DNA from: the human T2T-CHM13v2.0 reference genome, Homo sapiens
Assembly (NCBI RefSeq): GCF_009914755.1
Contig: NC_060945.1
Direction: 5' to 3' (one strand)
Length of the DNA stretch: 64,000 nucleotides
Shown here: one piece after another, positions 1 to 10,901 of the stretch
How the letters are laid out: every line of letters begins with the position of its first letter
How positions within the stretch are numbered: position 1 is the stretch's first letter
The notes under the pieces: generated by a model
The model's input: the letters and a program-made list of their open reading frames with translations, nothing else
What the model was told of the DNA's origin: nothing
Databases searched by the model: none
Position numbers and translations under genes: made by a program

Positions 1-69
1 CTCACTGTGGCAGGAGCAGTGGCGCTGAGCGTACCCACGGGTCGCGGCTTGGGTCTCTCTCGTTTTCCA

Positions 70-87
70 GGTGGTGTGGCCGTAGAC
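70..87 (-). pseudogene. 5' remnant (about 18 nt) of a 5S rRNA gene
   Basis: Minus strand GTCTACGGCCACACCACC vs 5S GTCTACGGCCATACCACC. D-box-like GGCTCTTGAGCC at -21/-32 (108-119). Similarity is lost after about +20. Confidence 0.75.
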
Positions 88-822
88 AATGGCAGTGGCG
101 CCTGGCTGGCTCAAGAGCCCGGTCCAGCTACGCCCGCCTGATTCCAGGCGTCACCACCAACCGCGGGCCGCGAGGCTGGGATCAGGCACCCCGGAGCCGC
201 TTGCCCGTGGCCGGGCTGCTCTCCCCCTCTAGGCCCAAACACCACCAGTCGCCGCGCTGCGCTTTCCGCCAACCTCCCAGAGCGTCCCGCTGTCGCCGGC
301 GGCCAGACCACGCGCGAGACCGCCGAGGCGCCAGAGGCCTCCATCCCCTGCCAGGGCTCTGGACTCTCCAGGCAGCCACTCTCTCGCTGACACTCCAGGC
401 CTTACCCCCGCTCTCGAGCCCCAGAGCTTCCAACACCTGGGGCCCGCTCAGAACGGGGTGTGCTCTGAGGCATCAGGGCCCAGGGCCCAGGGTCCTAGGG
501 TCCCCTCCAGTCCTCCGCCTGGCTGCGGAAAAATTATTTTGGATCCCTCGCCGCCCCTCCTGCGAGGCCCCCTCTTGCCCCGCACACCCAGAGCCGCCAG
601 GGCTGCCCAGGGGCGAACAGCCGGCCCAGCCCCACGGGCCCTTTTTCTCACAACGCTCACACCATCTTCGCTTGTTCCGACGAGGACCCGCCGTGGCCAA
701 CGGGGCAGGAAGGCTCTGCTTTGCCCAGCGCCGGCACTAGAGCCCTGGCAGCCTCATCCCAGGAAAGAGGGGCTGACGGACACCCAGATACACCCCAGCA
801 ACACCACGAGCAAACCCACCCT

Positions 823-932
823 GACACACACACGGACACACACGGGTGCACGTGCGCAGACACACACACACACGGACACACACACACCGCACCCGGGCAC
901 ACACACACGGACACACAAAGACACAGACACAG
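823..932. repeat. Degenerate (CA)n-rich microsatellite
   Basis: acacacacacggacacacac... directly visible. Confidence 0.9.
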
Positions 933-943
933 ATAGCTTGAAG

Positions 944-1395
944 GGAGACCACACCTCATATTGTCTTATGCCCAATTAATGCCTCCAAAGAAAGAAGAAG
1001 TAAAATCTAAAAGGCAGAAATGAAATCCACAGGCAGACAGCCCTGCGCCACACCCTGGGCCTGGTAGTTAAAGATCGACCCCTGACCTACTCGGTTATGT
1101 TATCTATAGATTACAGACATTGTATAGAAAAGCACTGTGAAAATCCCTGTTCTGTTTTGCTCCGATCTAATTACCGGTGCATGCAGCCCCCAGTCACGTA
1201 CCCTCTGCTTCCTCAATCCATCAGGACCCTCTCACGCAGACCCCTTTAGACTTGTAAGCTCTTAAGAGGGACAGGAATTGCTCACTCTGAGAGCTAGGTT
1301 TTTGGAGACACGAGTCTGCCGATGCTCCCAGCTGAATAAAGTCCTTCCTTCTACAACTCGGTGTCAGGGTTTTTTCTGCAGCTCCTCCTGCTACA
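944..1395 (+). mobile_element. Solo LTR2 (HERV-E/Harlequin family)
   Basis: Matches recalled LTR2 consensus (GGAGACCAC.CCTCATATTGTCTTATGCCCAAT...AATAAA...CCTGCTACA). GAAG flanks both ends (940-943, 1396-1399). A few 5' bases appear lost. Confidence 0.9.
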
Positions 1396-1575
1396 GAAGG
1401 AGAGAAAGGGAGAGAGTGATGGAGAAATAGAACCAGAGGGAGAGAGAGAGACAGTGATAGAGAGAGAGACAGAGAAGGGGGGAGGAGAGACAGAGAGGGG
1501 AGAAGAGAGAGCGCCACAGTAGAGCGCGAGGTGGAGGGGGAAGTAGAGAAAGGGAGAGGGTGAGGGAGTGGTAGA
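1396..1575. repeat. GA-rich low-complexity tract
   Basis: gagagagagacag... purine-rich run. Confidence 0.85.
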
Positions 1576-2417
1576 GTGACAGCAACAGAGCCTTAGAGAG
1601 GGAGGCTCTGCTCAGGTAGACAGGGCACCTTTCAGCAGGCCGGAGTGGGGTGGAGGGTGCTTGAGCCGGGCTAGAACAGGGTGTCAGGGCCCCACACCCG
1701 GGAAAACCAACGGAGCCCTGAGACGTGTTTTTTTTTTTTTTCTTGAATTGGTTGGTTGCTTTGCGGGTGCGTTTCATATGGTCCTTCCTTTGTTTGCTTC
1801 TTTCTGTCTCCTTGGTGCGGTGGGCCCCGAGATTTGTTGAGTGTGCCCGTTTGTCTGGAGAGAGCCGTGGTGCCAAGCGTGTCTACGGGGCAAGGCCTGT
1901 GTCTCTCTCCTGTCCTCAGGACTGGAGTTCACACGAAGTCGGTGGCATTGGAAAACCGGGTGCACAGGGACGGATTTCCTCGTGGCTGGCGAAGACTGTG
2001 TCCTTCCCCTGGGGAAAGCAGACCACGGGTTCTGGAGCGGAGGTCTTGGCTGCGGTCTGTGGGACCCGCTGCCCCTACCCGCCCCTTCACCCGGCTTGGA
2101 CGGTTGCGGCGTCGCTGGATGAATGAATAGAATTGTCTGGGAGTCCGGGGAGCGTGAAGACACCTGGGAACTCGGGGAACCCGCGCCTGCGCCCTCGGGG
2201 TCGTCCAGTCCCGCCCGGGTTGGAGCCGGGCTCCTGGTGGGGCTGCCGCGAGTCCGAAAAGGTGGGATGCTGCTGCCTGGCGGTGCTGCAGTGGCGGATC
2301 TTCAGGAGGAGGTCCTGGGCTTCGGCTGGGGCGCGGGGGCTGTCAAGGGGGAGCAGAGGAGGGGGGCGGTTGGGAAGCACAGAGACAAAAGGGGAAAGAG
2401 GGAGGGAGCAGGAAGCC

Positions 2418-2539
2418 AAAACCTTATGGTATCCGATATTACCAGGCAGAATCCCATCCAAGTACTAACCAGGACCGACCCTGCTTAGCTTCAACAGATC
2501 AGAGGCGAGCGGGCGCGTTCAGGGTGGTGTGGCCTAGAC
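2418..2539 (-). pseudogene. RNA5S: 5S rRNA pseudogene, DNA-duplicated with its native 5' flank
   Basis: Minus strand GTCTAGGCCACACCACCCTGAACGCGCCC...AGCTAAGCAGGGTCGGTCCTGGTTAGTACTTGGATGGGA...TTTT. Box A intact, Box C nearly intact, many substitutions in the 3' third. Confidence 0.95.
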
Positions 2540-2560
2540 GCCAGGCAGCGGCGTCTGGCT

Positions 2561-2572
2561 GTCCCAAGAGCC
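2561..2572 (-). promoter_or_regulatory. 5S upstream D-box-like element
   Basis: GGCTCTTGGGAC at -22/-33 relative to 5S +1; the human D box is GGCTCTTGGGGC at about -21/-32. Confidence 0.75.
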
Positions 2573-2919
2573 TGGCCCAGCCACGCCCGCACGACTCCAG
2601 GCGTCACCGCCACCCCGGGGCCGCGGGTCTCGGATCCGGGACCCCCAGAGCCGCTCGCCCGTGCCCCCGGGCAGCTGTCTCCCTCTACACCCGAGCACCG
2701 TCGGCTTCCCAGAGAGTCCCGCCGTCACCGGCGGCCAGGCCTGGCTCAGGACCAATGTGGCACCGCCCTGATGTTGCTGGGGGGCGCCGGAGGCCTCTGT
2801 CCCCTGCCCAGGCTTCCCGCTCTCGGGGCGGCCTCCCTTCCGCCCACGCTCCAGTCCTTCCGCGAGCTCCCGAGCTCCGAAGCTTCCACCACAGCTGCCG
2901 GCTCAGGACGGGTCGTGCT

Positions 2920-4718
2920 TATCCCTTAACTTTTTAACTTTTTGTTATTTCTATTTATATTTTATTGTGCTATGTCTTGAAATGTTGTTGTGGTTATTAC
3001 TTTTGATTGGATATTATTTAGTATTCCTACTTTGAATAAGAGTAGTTTGCACACCACACAGCTATAGTGTTATAATATTCCGTTTTGTTTTGTGTCCAAT
3101 TAGCAGTGAAGATTTTTTTTTTACCTTTAGGTGATCATTTGTTGCTCGTTAATGTCCTTTTCTTCCTGATCGAAGTACTCCCTTTAGCATTCCTTTAGGA
3201 CAGGTATGGTATTCATAAAATACTTCAGCTTCTGTTTGTCTGAAAAAGTCAGTATTTCTTCTCTTTATTTGAAGAAAATTTTCACTGTATATTTTATTCT
3301 AAGGTAAAAGTTTTTTTTTCCTTTGATACTTTAAATATTTATTGCTTCTCTCTCCTGGCCAGTAGAGTTTCCACTGTAAAGTCTGCTGCCAGACGTGTTG
3401 GAGCTCCCCAGTAAGATATTTGTTCCTTTTCTCTTTCTTCCTTTATAACTTTTCTTTATCAGACTTTTGGAAGATCTATTGAATGCTTTGAAGTAGTCTT
3501 TTTTGGGTTAAATCTGCTTAATGTTCTATGACTTTTTTGTAGTTGGATATGGATATCTTTCTCTAGGTTTGGAAAATACTCTGTTATTATCCCTTTGAAT
3601 AAATTGTTCTACCCCTACATCTTTCTCTACATCTTCTTTAAAACAAATAACTCTTAGATCTGTCTTTGTGAGGCTATTTTCTAGATCCTGTCCGCATGAT
3701 TTGTTGTTTTTATTCTTTTTCTTTTGTCTCTTCTATGTATTTTCAAAGAGCCTGTCTTCAAGCTCACTATTTCTTCTGCTTGATCCATTCTGCTGTTACA
3801 TGGCTCTAATGCATTCTTCAGCATGCCAATTACATTTTTCAGCTCAGAATTTCTGCTTAGTTTGCTGTGACTATTTCAATCTCTTTGTTGAGTTTAACTG
3901 ATAAAATTTGGAATTTTTTTACTTTGTTATCTTAAATTTCTTTCAGTTTTTTTTTAAATAGAGCTATTTTGAATTCTCTGTCTGAAACATCACATATCTC
4001 TTTTTCTCCAGGATTTGTCCCCAGTGCCTTATTTAGTTCACTTGGTGAGGTCATGTTTTCCTGGATGGTGTTGATGCTAGTAGATGTTCTTCAGTGTCTG
4101 GGCATTAAAATCTTGGGCATGCAGCACCATATGAGAGGTTTAAAAAATAAAATTTAAAGAGAGAAAAGGTGAGTACTTATTGTAGTCTTCATTGTCTGGG
4201 CTTATTTGTAGCTGTCTTTCTTGGGAAGGTTTTTCACATATTTGAAAAGAGTTGGGTGTTGTGATCTAAGCCATATCTGCTTTATGGGGCACCTTATACC
4301 CAATAATACTGTAATTCTTCCAGACTCAGAGAAGTACCACCTTGACAGCCTTCAACAAGATCCAGGAGAATTTTCTGGATTACTAGCCAGAGACTCTTTT
4401 TCCCTACCCTTATTTTCTCTTAAAGATACAGAGTCTTTCTCTCTGTTCTAAGCCACCTAAAGCTGGGAGAAGAAAGACACAAGCACCCCTGGCCACCATC
4501 ACTATGACTGCCCTGGATCAGACCTGAAGCTAGCACAGCACGGGTCTTGCTCAAGTCCTGCTGCACGCACTTTCGGACGACTGCCTATGTTCATTCAAGG
4601 CCTTTGGTCTCTACAATTAGCAGGTGGCAAAGCCAGACAGTCCTGTGTTCTTTCCTTTAGGGCAGTGAGATCCCTCAGTCACTGGCTGGGTCCAGAAGTG
4701 CCATTCAGAAGTCAGGGC
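2920..4718 (-). mobile_element. Old L1M/L1MA fragment (part of 5'UTR, ORF1, inter-ORF)
   Basis: Reverse complement resembles the L1MA-type ORF1 start at 16.8-17.0 kb (ggtgaggtcatgttttcctggatgg). Confidence 0.8.
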
Positions 4719-6968
4719 TTTGGCCACTTTTTAATAGGGTTTTTTGTTTTTCTCTTGTAAATTTAAGTCCCTTATATTGAATATTAGATCTTTGTCAGAT
4801 ACATAGTTTGTAAATATTTTTTTCTCATTCTGTAGGTTGTCTGTTCACCCTATTGATAATTTCTTTTGCTGAGCAGAAGCTTTTAAGTTTAATTAGATCC
4901 CACTTGCCAGTAGTTGCATTTGTTGTTTTTGGTGTCTTTATCATGAAATCCTTGCCTGTTTCTATGTCCAGGATGGTATTGCCTAGGCTGTCTTCCAGGG
5001 CTTTTATAGTTTTGGGTTTTACATTTAAGTATTTGGTCCATCTTGGGTTGATTTTTGCTTATGGTATAAGGAAGAAGTCCAACTTCAATCTTCTGCATAT
5101 GGCTAGCCAGTTATCCCAGCACCATTTATTGAATAGGGAATCTTTCCCCATTGCTTGTTTTTGCCAGCTTTGTCAAAGATTAGATAGTTGTAGGTATGTG
5201 GTCTTACTTCTAACCTCTCTATTCTATTCCACTGGTGTATGTGTCTGTTTTTGTACTAGTACCATGCTGTTTTGGTTACTATAGTGCTGTAGTATAGTTT
5301 GAAGTCGGGTAATGTGATGCCTCAAGCTTTGTTCTTTTTGCTTAGCTACTTAAGTTCTTTCTTGGTTCTATATGAATTTTTAAATAGCTTTTTTCTACTT
5401 CTGTGAAGCATGTCATTGGTAGTTTAATAGGAATAGCCTTGGGCAGTACAACCATTTAAGTGATACTAATTCTTTCTCTCCATTAACATGGAATGATTTT
5501 TCATTTATTTGTGTCTTCTCTGACTTCTTTGAACAGTGTTTTGTAATTTTCATTGTAGAGATTTTTCACCTCCCTGGTTAGCTGTATTCGTATGTACTTT
5601 ATTCTTTTCGTGGAAATTGTGAATAAAATTGCCTCTGTGATTTGGCTCTTAGTTTGGCTCTTCTTGGTGTATAGGAATGCTAGCAAATTTTGTACATTGA
5701 TTTTGTGTCCTGAAACTTTGTGGAAGTTGATTATCAGCTTAAGGAGTTTTTGGGTCACAACTATAGGGTTTAGATAGAGAATTATGTTGTCTGCAAACAG
5801 AGGTAGTTGGACTTCTCTTTCTATTTAAATACGCTTTATTTCTTTCTCTTGTCTGATTGCTCCAGAAAGGACTTCTAATACTAGGTTGAATAGGAGTGGT
5901 GAGAGAGGGCATACTTGTCTTGTGCGGGTTTCAAGGAGGATGCTTCCAGATTTTGCCCATTTAGTATAATGTTGTCTGTGAGTTTGTCATAGGTGGCCTT
6001 TATTATTTTGAGGTATGTTCCTTTGATACCTCATTTACTGAGAAGTTTTAAAATGAAGCTTTGTTGAATTTTACTGAAAGCCTTTTCTGCATCTGTTGAG
6101 ACAATCACGTGGTTCTTATCTTTAGTTTTATTTATGTTACGAATCACATTTTATTAATTTGCCCATGATGGAGCAACCTTCCATTCCAGGGAAGAAGCTT
6201 ACTTCACTATGGTGAATTAGCCTTTTGATGTGTTGCTAGATTCAGTTTGCAAGTATTTTGTTGTGGATTATTGAATGGATGTTCATCAAGGATACTGGCC
6301 TGAAGTTTTCTTTTTTTGTTGTGTCACTGTCAGTATTTGGTATCAGGATGATTCTGGCCTCATAGAACAAGTTGAGGAAGAGTCCCTCCTCCTCTATTTC
6401 TTGAAATAGTTTCAGTAGGACTGGTACTGACTCTTCTTTGTACATCTGTTAAAATTTGTTAATGTATCAGGTCCTGGGATTTTGGGGGGTTGGTAGGCTA
6501 TTATGGATTCAATTTTTGGAGCTCATAATTGGTCTGCTCAGAGACTAAATTTCTTCCTGGTTCAGTCTTGAGAGAGTATATGTGTCCAGGAATTTATTAA
6601 TCTCTTCTAGGGTTTCTAGTTTGTGTGTATAGAGGTGCTCATAGTAGTTGCTGATTGTTATTTTTATTTATCTGGAGTCAGTGGTAACATTCCCTTCATC
6701 ATTTCTAATTTTGTTTATTTGAATCTTCTCTCTTTTCTTCTTTATTAATCTAGCTAGTGCACTATCTTATTAATTTTTTCAAAAAACCTTGATTAAGTGA
6801 TTGTTTGAACAGTTTTTCATGTCTCAATTTCTTTCAATTCAGCTCTGATTTTAGTTATTTCTTGTCTTCTATAAGCTTTGTGGTTGAGTTCTTCTTGCTT
6901 CTCTAATTCTTTCAGTTATGATGTTAGGTTGTTAATTTGAGATATTTCTAATTTTTTGATATGAGCAT
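4719..6968 (-). mobile_element. L1 (older L1PA/L1PB) ORF2 fragment, decayed
   Basis: Minus-strand ORF2 peptides ([17 protein letters not shown]; [11 protein letters not shown]...[13 protein letters not shown]). Confidence 0.9.
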
Positions 6969-8074
6969 TACTTCTTATGCCCTACTCTAACTTTTGTCCC
7001 TCTAGAAAACTCAGAACTATGCTTTCTAAACCAATTCAAACTTTTTCAGTGAATCAACCTGGTCTCCCTGAGACAAAGTTAGCAATTTTCCATTACACAT
7101 GGTTCTCTTTCTCTGTAAGAATATCTAATGCAACAATGCAAGTGTTTCTTTCCCTCCTGGTAATGCAGGGAACTCCTTTTGGCTGAGACCAAGACTTAAA
7201 ACCTTGTTCTCTCAACATTAATGATCTATTTAGAGAGCCTCCATTTTTACAGAAAAGATATACAAACACCAATGAAAATAAATATGAAATTATATGACAT
7301 ACAATTATATTGTTGAAAGACTGAATAAATAAATGAACTAAGCTGTAAGAAAAAAAGATGATGATATTAAATGATATAGAAGTAAAAACCTGGGCTGGTA
7401 TAGCATAATTAATGTATCAGTAAAGTATGTACCTTTTAGAAGTGGCAGGAAGACAGCATAGAGAGTGAGACCTGACCAAAAGCTTTAAGGAAAATTCTAT
7501 ACCCTTAAATGAGATTAAAGTGGACTCAGGAAAACATGCGCCACAAGAATGGAAGGACAAATGTTCCAGACGGGCCAAATCTCAGAGCATCTCTACCTTC
7601 TCCAGGAGGAAAGGGGAGGCAAAGCAGCAGGCAGAAGACAGCACGGCCAGGTCAGCACAGGGCACCCAGGCCAAGCCAGGTGGTCTCCATCGTACAGGTA
7701 GTGATGAGCCACTGCCAGGTGGGCTTTATTCATTAGTTTGTTTTGTTTCCTTTACTAACGAAGACACATGATCAAAGTTGACCTTAGTAAGTGTTGCTGC
7801 AGCTGAACAAAAAGATAGATAAAACCAGCGTTTTAAAAATTATGTTGTATACAGCACTAGCCTCAGTAAGATATTAGTAGAACACACAGGCACATACAGG
7901 CACACACACTCACACTGAGGCCAAATTATTCTGGCAAATGCTGGGTTAAGCAAACTAAAAGAAACATCTTTAGTGCTGGACTTCTCAGAACCTGGAATAT
8001 GGCTATATGACTCATGAAACAGCAAGGTTAAGAGAGAGCATGTCATTTTTTCCCAGAAATGTTGAAACACTTTC

Positions 8075-8440
8075 CTTCCCTTGGCTTCAGTGTCACTTTC
8101 TTTCTCCTGGTTCTCCATCAACCTCTTTGGCTGCTCCTCCTTGATTTCCTTTTTGACAATCTGCTGCTGCTCAGCCATTCTCTTTTAATTCCCCAAGGAT
8201 TTCTCAAGTGTGTTACTATTCCTGCATTTTAAACTTTCCTTGTTTTTCCTGACCTCTCCTTGTCTGACCCTCCCCTGTTCTAAGGCAGGTGATCCATCTG
8301 TGTGTGCTTTTGGCATCCTGGGATGCTCCCAGCATGTTCCCTGCCACACTCCATCAAGTTTTCCCTGCAGACTCCGCAAAGGCAGCAGCCTTGTCTCCAC
8401 CATTCCTTCAATGCTCAGTACGTAACACAGAAGCTGACTC
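8075..8440 (+). mobile_element. L2-like fragment
   Basis: cccttggcttcagtgtcac...ctcctggttctcc is a typical L2 motif; highly diverged. Confidence 0.45.
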
Positions 8441-9280
8441 CATAACATTTAGTTGGCCAACTGAGACTAAATGTATGTTCCTCTAGATCTTAAAAAGTTA
8501 CAGAAACATAGCACAATAGTCAAAAAAATTGTCTTTAGTCAGGAGTTCTCCATATATGTACAACAGTTTGAAGTCATTATTAAGCAAAATGAAACAGAAA
8601 CTGTCACAGAATTCCCTAAGATAAATTATTTTGCTTTAATCTTCAATTCATCATGTGAAATAATCAAGACCATGTGTTATTGTAAATATTTCTAGCTTAC
8701 AACACAACAACCTGATTTTTACTGTTTGAAATAACCATAATATAAATCAGTTAATTAAAAATTGCATAAATAATCCTTTCAAATAAAATTCTGCCTAAAT
8801 TTTACATTACTCATATGTTCAAATGATAATGAGCTCATAGGATTTTCCAATACCTCAGTCAAAACATTGTACTGATTGCAGCTGTGGGAATAGTACCTTA
8901 AAGTTATCTTACAGATGGGGAAAAGGTACCTATGTGACATTGGCCTTTGCACTACTGTACCCTTTTGGGTCAGGAAAAAGCTGTTCCCTTAAAGTCCTAA
9001 AATCTCTTCTGTCAGGTCTAAAGGGTGGGTGGGAAACATAGTTTTTAAATTTTAGCCACAGATGTTTTATTCCTTGCTTAAAGCAGTGACTAGATAAAGG
9101 CCACTAGAAGAGTCTCCAACGTTCCTTTAGAAGCATGTGTCTGAGAACATCTTCCTGAAACACTCCCTTGTCTCTGCCCAAAATCACCTTAGGTAGGAAA
9201 ATCACAACTCAGCAGGCTGAGGGGATCCAAGGGGATCATTGAGCTCTGAGGCTTATGAGAGAAGAGAGAGAGGTCTAAGA

Positions 9281-9808
9281 CTTTTTGTGTATAAATTTAT
9301 GGGTTCCAAGTGCAATTTTGCTGTAAGCACGGATGGCATAGTGGTGAAGTCAGGGCTTTTAGGGTATCCATCACTGGAATAATGCACATTGTACCCATTA
9401 AGTAATTTCTCACTGTTCACCTCTTCCATCCCCTCACCCTGCTGAGTCTCCATTATCATTCCACTCTCTACATCAATACCTACACATCTTTTAGCACCCG
9501 CTTATGAGTGATAAAATACGATGTTTACTCTGTGTCTGGTTTGTTTCACTTACAACAATGGCCTCCAGTTCCATCCATGTGTCTGCAAAAATTATGATTC
9601 TATTGTTTTTTACGCCTGAATAGTATTTCATTGTGTATATTTTCTACATTTTCTTTCTCCAATCATTTGTTGATGGACATTAGGTTGATTTTATATCTGT
9701 GCTACTGTGAATAGTGTTGCAACAAATATAAAAGTACAGTTATATTTCTGATACATTGATTTTTTTTTCCTTTGCAAAAATACTCAGCGGTGGGATTGCT
9801 GAATCAGA
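9281..9808 (-). mobile_element. L1PB/L1MA-type 3' end fragment
   Basis: agtggtgaagtcagggcttttagggtatccatcac...gtacccattaagtaatttctc, L1 3'UTR. Confidence 0.8.
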
Positions 9809-10373
9809 CAGAGCCAATTGATGATCAGTAATGGTGGCCAATAATCAGCTGGAAACAAAGTACTTAGCAGGGCTTGAAAACACCAAAACTCTGAGACCAC
9901 TGACCTTCAAAAACTTCAACAGCCCTGAGTGAAAAGTCCAAACACATTTATCTACCATTCAAAGACCCTTTATTGTCTGTCCTCTGCGCATCTCAGTAGT
10001 CTCTTTTTACCACACTGTCTATATACTGCATGAGCCATTTATATGAAACTATCTGACACTCCAAGGCATCTTATACTATATATTCAATCATGTATCCCTA
10101 GTAATTAGCACAGTCCTGGCATATAGTTTGCTACTAAACTTTTGCAGAATGAAGGAATTATCTTGTATCCAGGTTCCAAGTTTTAAGGTGATTCTTCACA
10201 AAAAAAAAGTATTACAGCTCACAAATAATCTACTTCCTTTTTTAGAAATGGGATTGATTTTAATCTTATACCCTAATAACATTACTTTCATTTACTCCTA
10301 TCTAAATATACTGTCCTAAGAGAGCAATAAGAAAGAGAGTTGAAGCTGGAGCTTGAAGAATTGTACATGGTCC

Positions 10374-10901
10374 TGTGATACCCTACCTTGTTTTAACCTG
10401 AGTGACTCTCTCCTAGTGGAGGGAGAGCCGGACAGACCCCATTTTAGTTTCTTCACATGCAGCCCCCTTTATCTCCCTTCCTTAAGGGCATAACTAGTGT
10501 AAACTGACTCAAAGCACATCCAGGAATGTGGTTACTATTAAGATATTGAGGCAAGCTGCACCAGCAGCTCCTGGGGACGCACTCGGTGAATGGCACCCAA
10601 AACCCCTGTATTTCTCTCTTTGTGATAGTTTAAGCCCCTGCACCTGGAATGTTTTTTTTTTTGTAACTGCTTTTGTAACCGATTAATTTTTTTAACTTTT
10701 TGCCAGCTCTGCTTCTGTAAAAATTGCTTCAGCTAAACTCCCCCCTCCCCTATTTAGACCACGGTATAAAAACAAAACCAGCCCCTTCCTCGGGGCCCAG
10801 AGAATTTTGAGCGTTAGCTGCCTCTCGGTCGCTGGCTAATAAGGGACTCCTTAATTTGTCTCAAAAGGTGGCGTTCCTCTATAACTCGCTTGGTTACAAC
10901 A
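10374..10901 (+). mobile_element. Solo LTR6 (HERV-T/S71 family)
   Basis: TGTGATACCCTACCTTGTTTTAACCTG...GGTTACAACA with a perfect 4-bp TSD GTCC (10370-10373, 10902-10905). Confidence 0.9.

Larger units (their letters stand above)
1..2919. repeat. GC/CpG-rich tandem units of 5S-rDNA-spacer type (possibly SST1/NBL2-related macrosatellite), about 1.2 units visible, period about 2.45 kb including an LTR
   Basis: 88-465 aligns by eye with 2540-2919 (e.g. caagagcccggtccagctacgcccgcc vs caagagcctggcccagccacgcccgc; ctcagaacggggtgtgct vs ctcaggacgggtcgtgct). Both copies follow a 5S 5' end. Internal (CA)-rich and (GA)-rich tracts. The SST1 link is from recall only. Confidence 0.75.

Noticed and set aside
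2418-2539. Functional 5S rRNA gene
   Set aside because: An indel near the 5' end and many substitutions relative to the near-invariant 5S sequence.
111-2937. Many overlapping Arg/Pro/Gly-rich and HT/CV-repeat ORFs
   Set aside because: Expected from GC-rich repeat and microsatellite; no recognisable domain.
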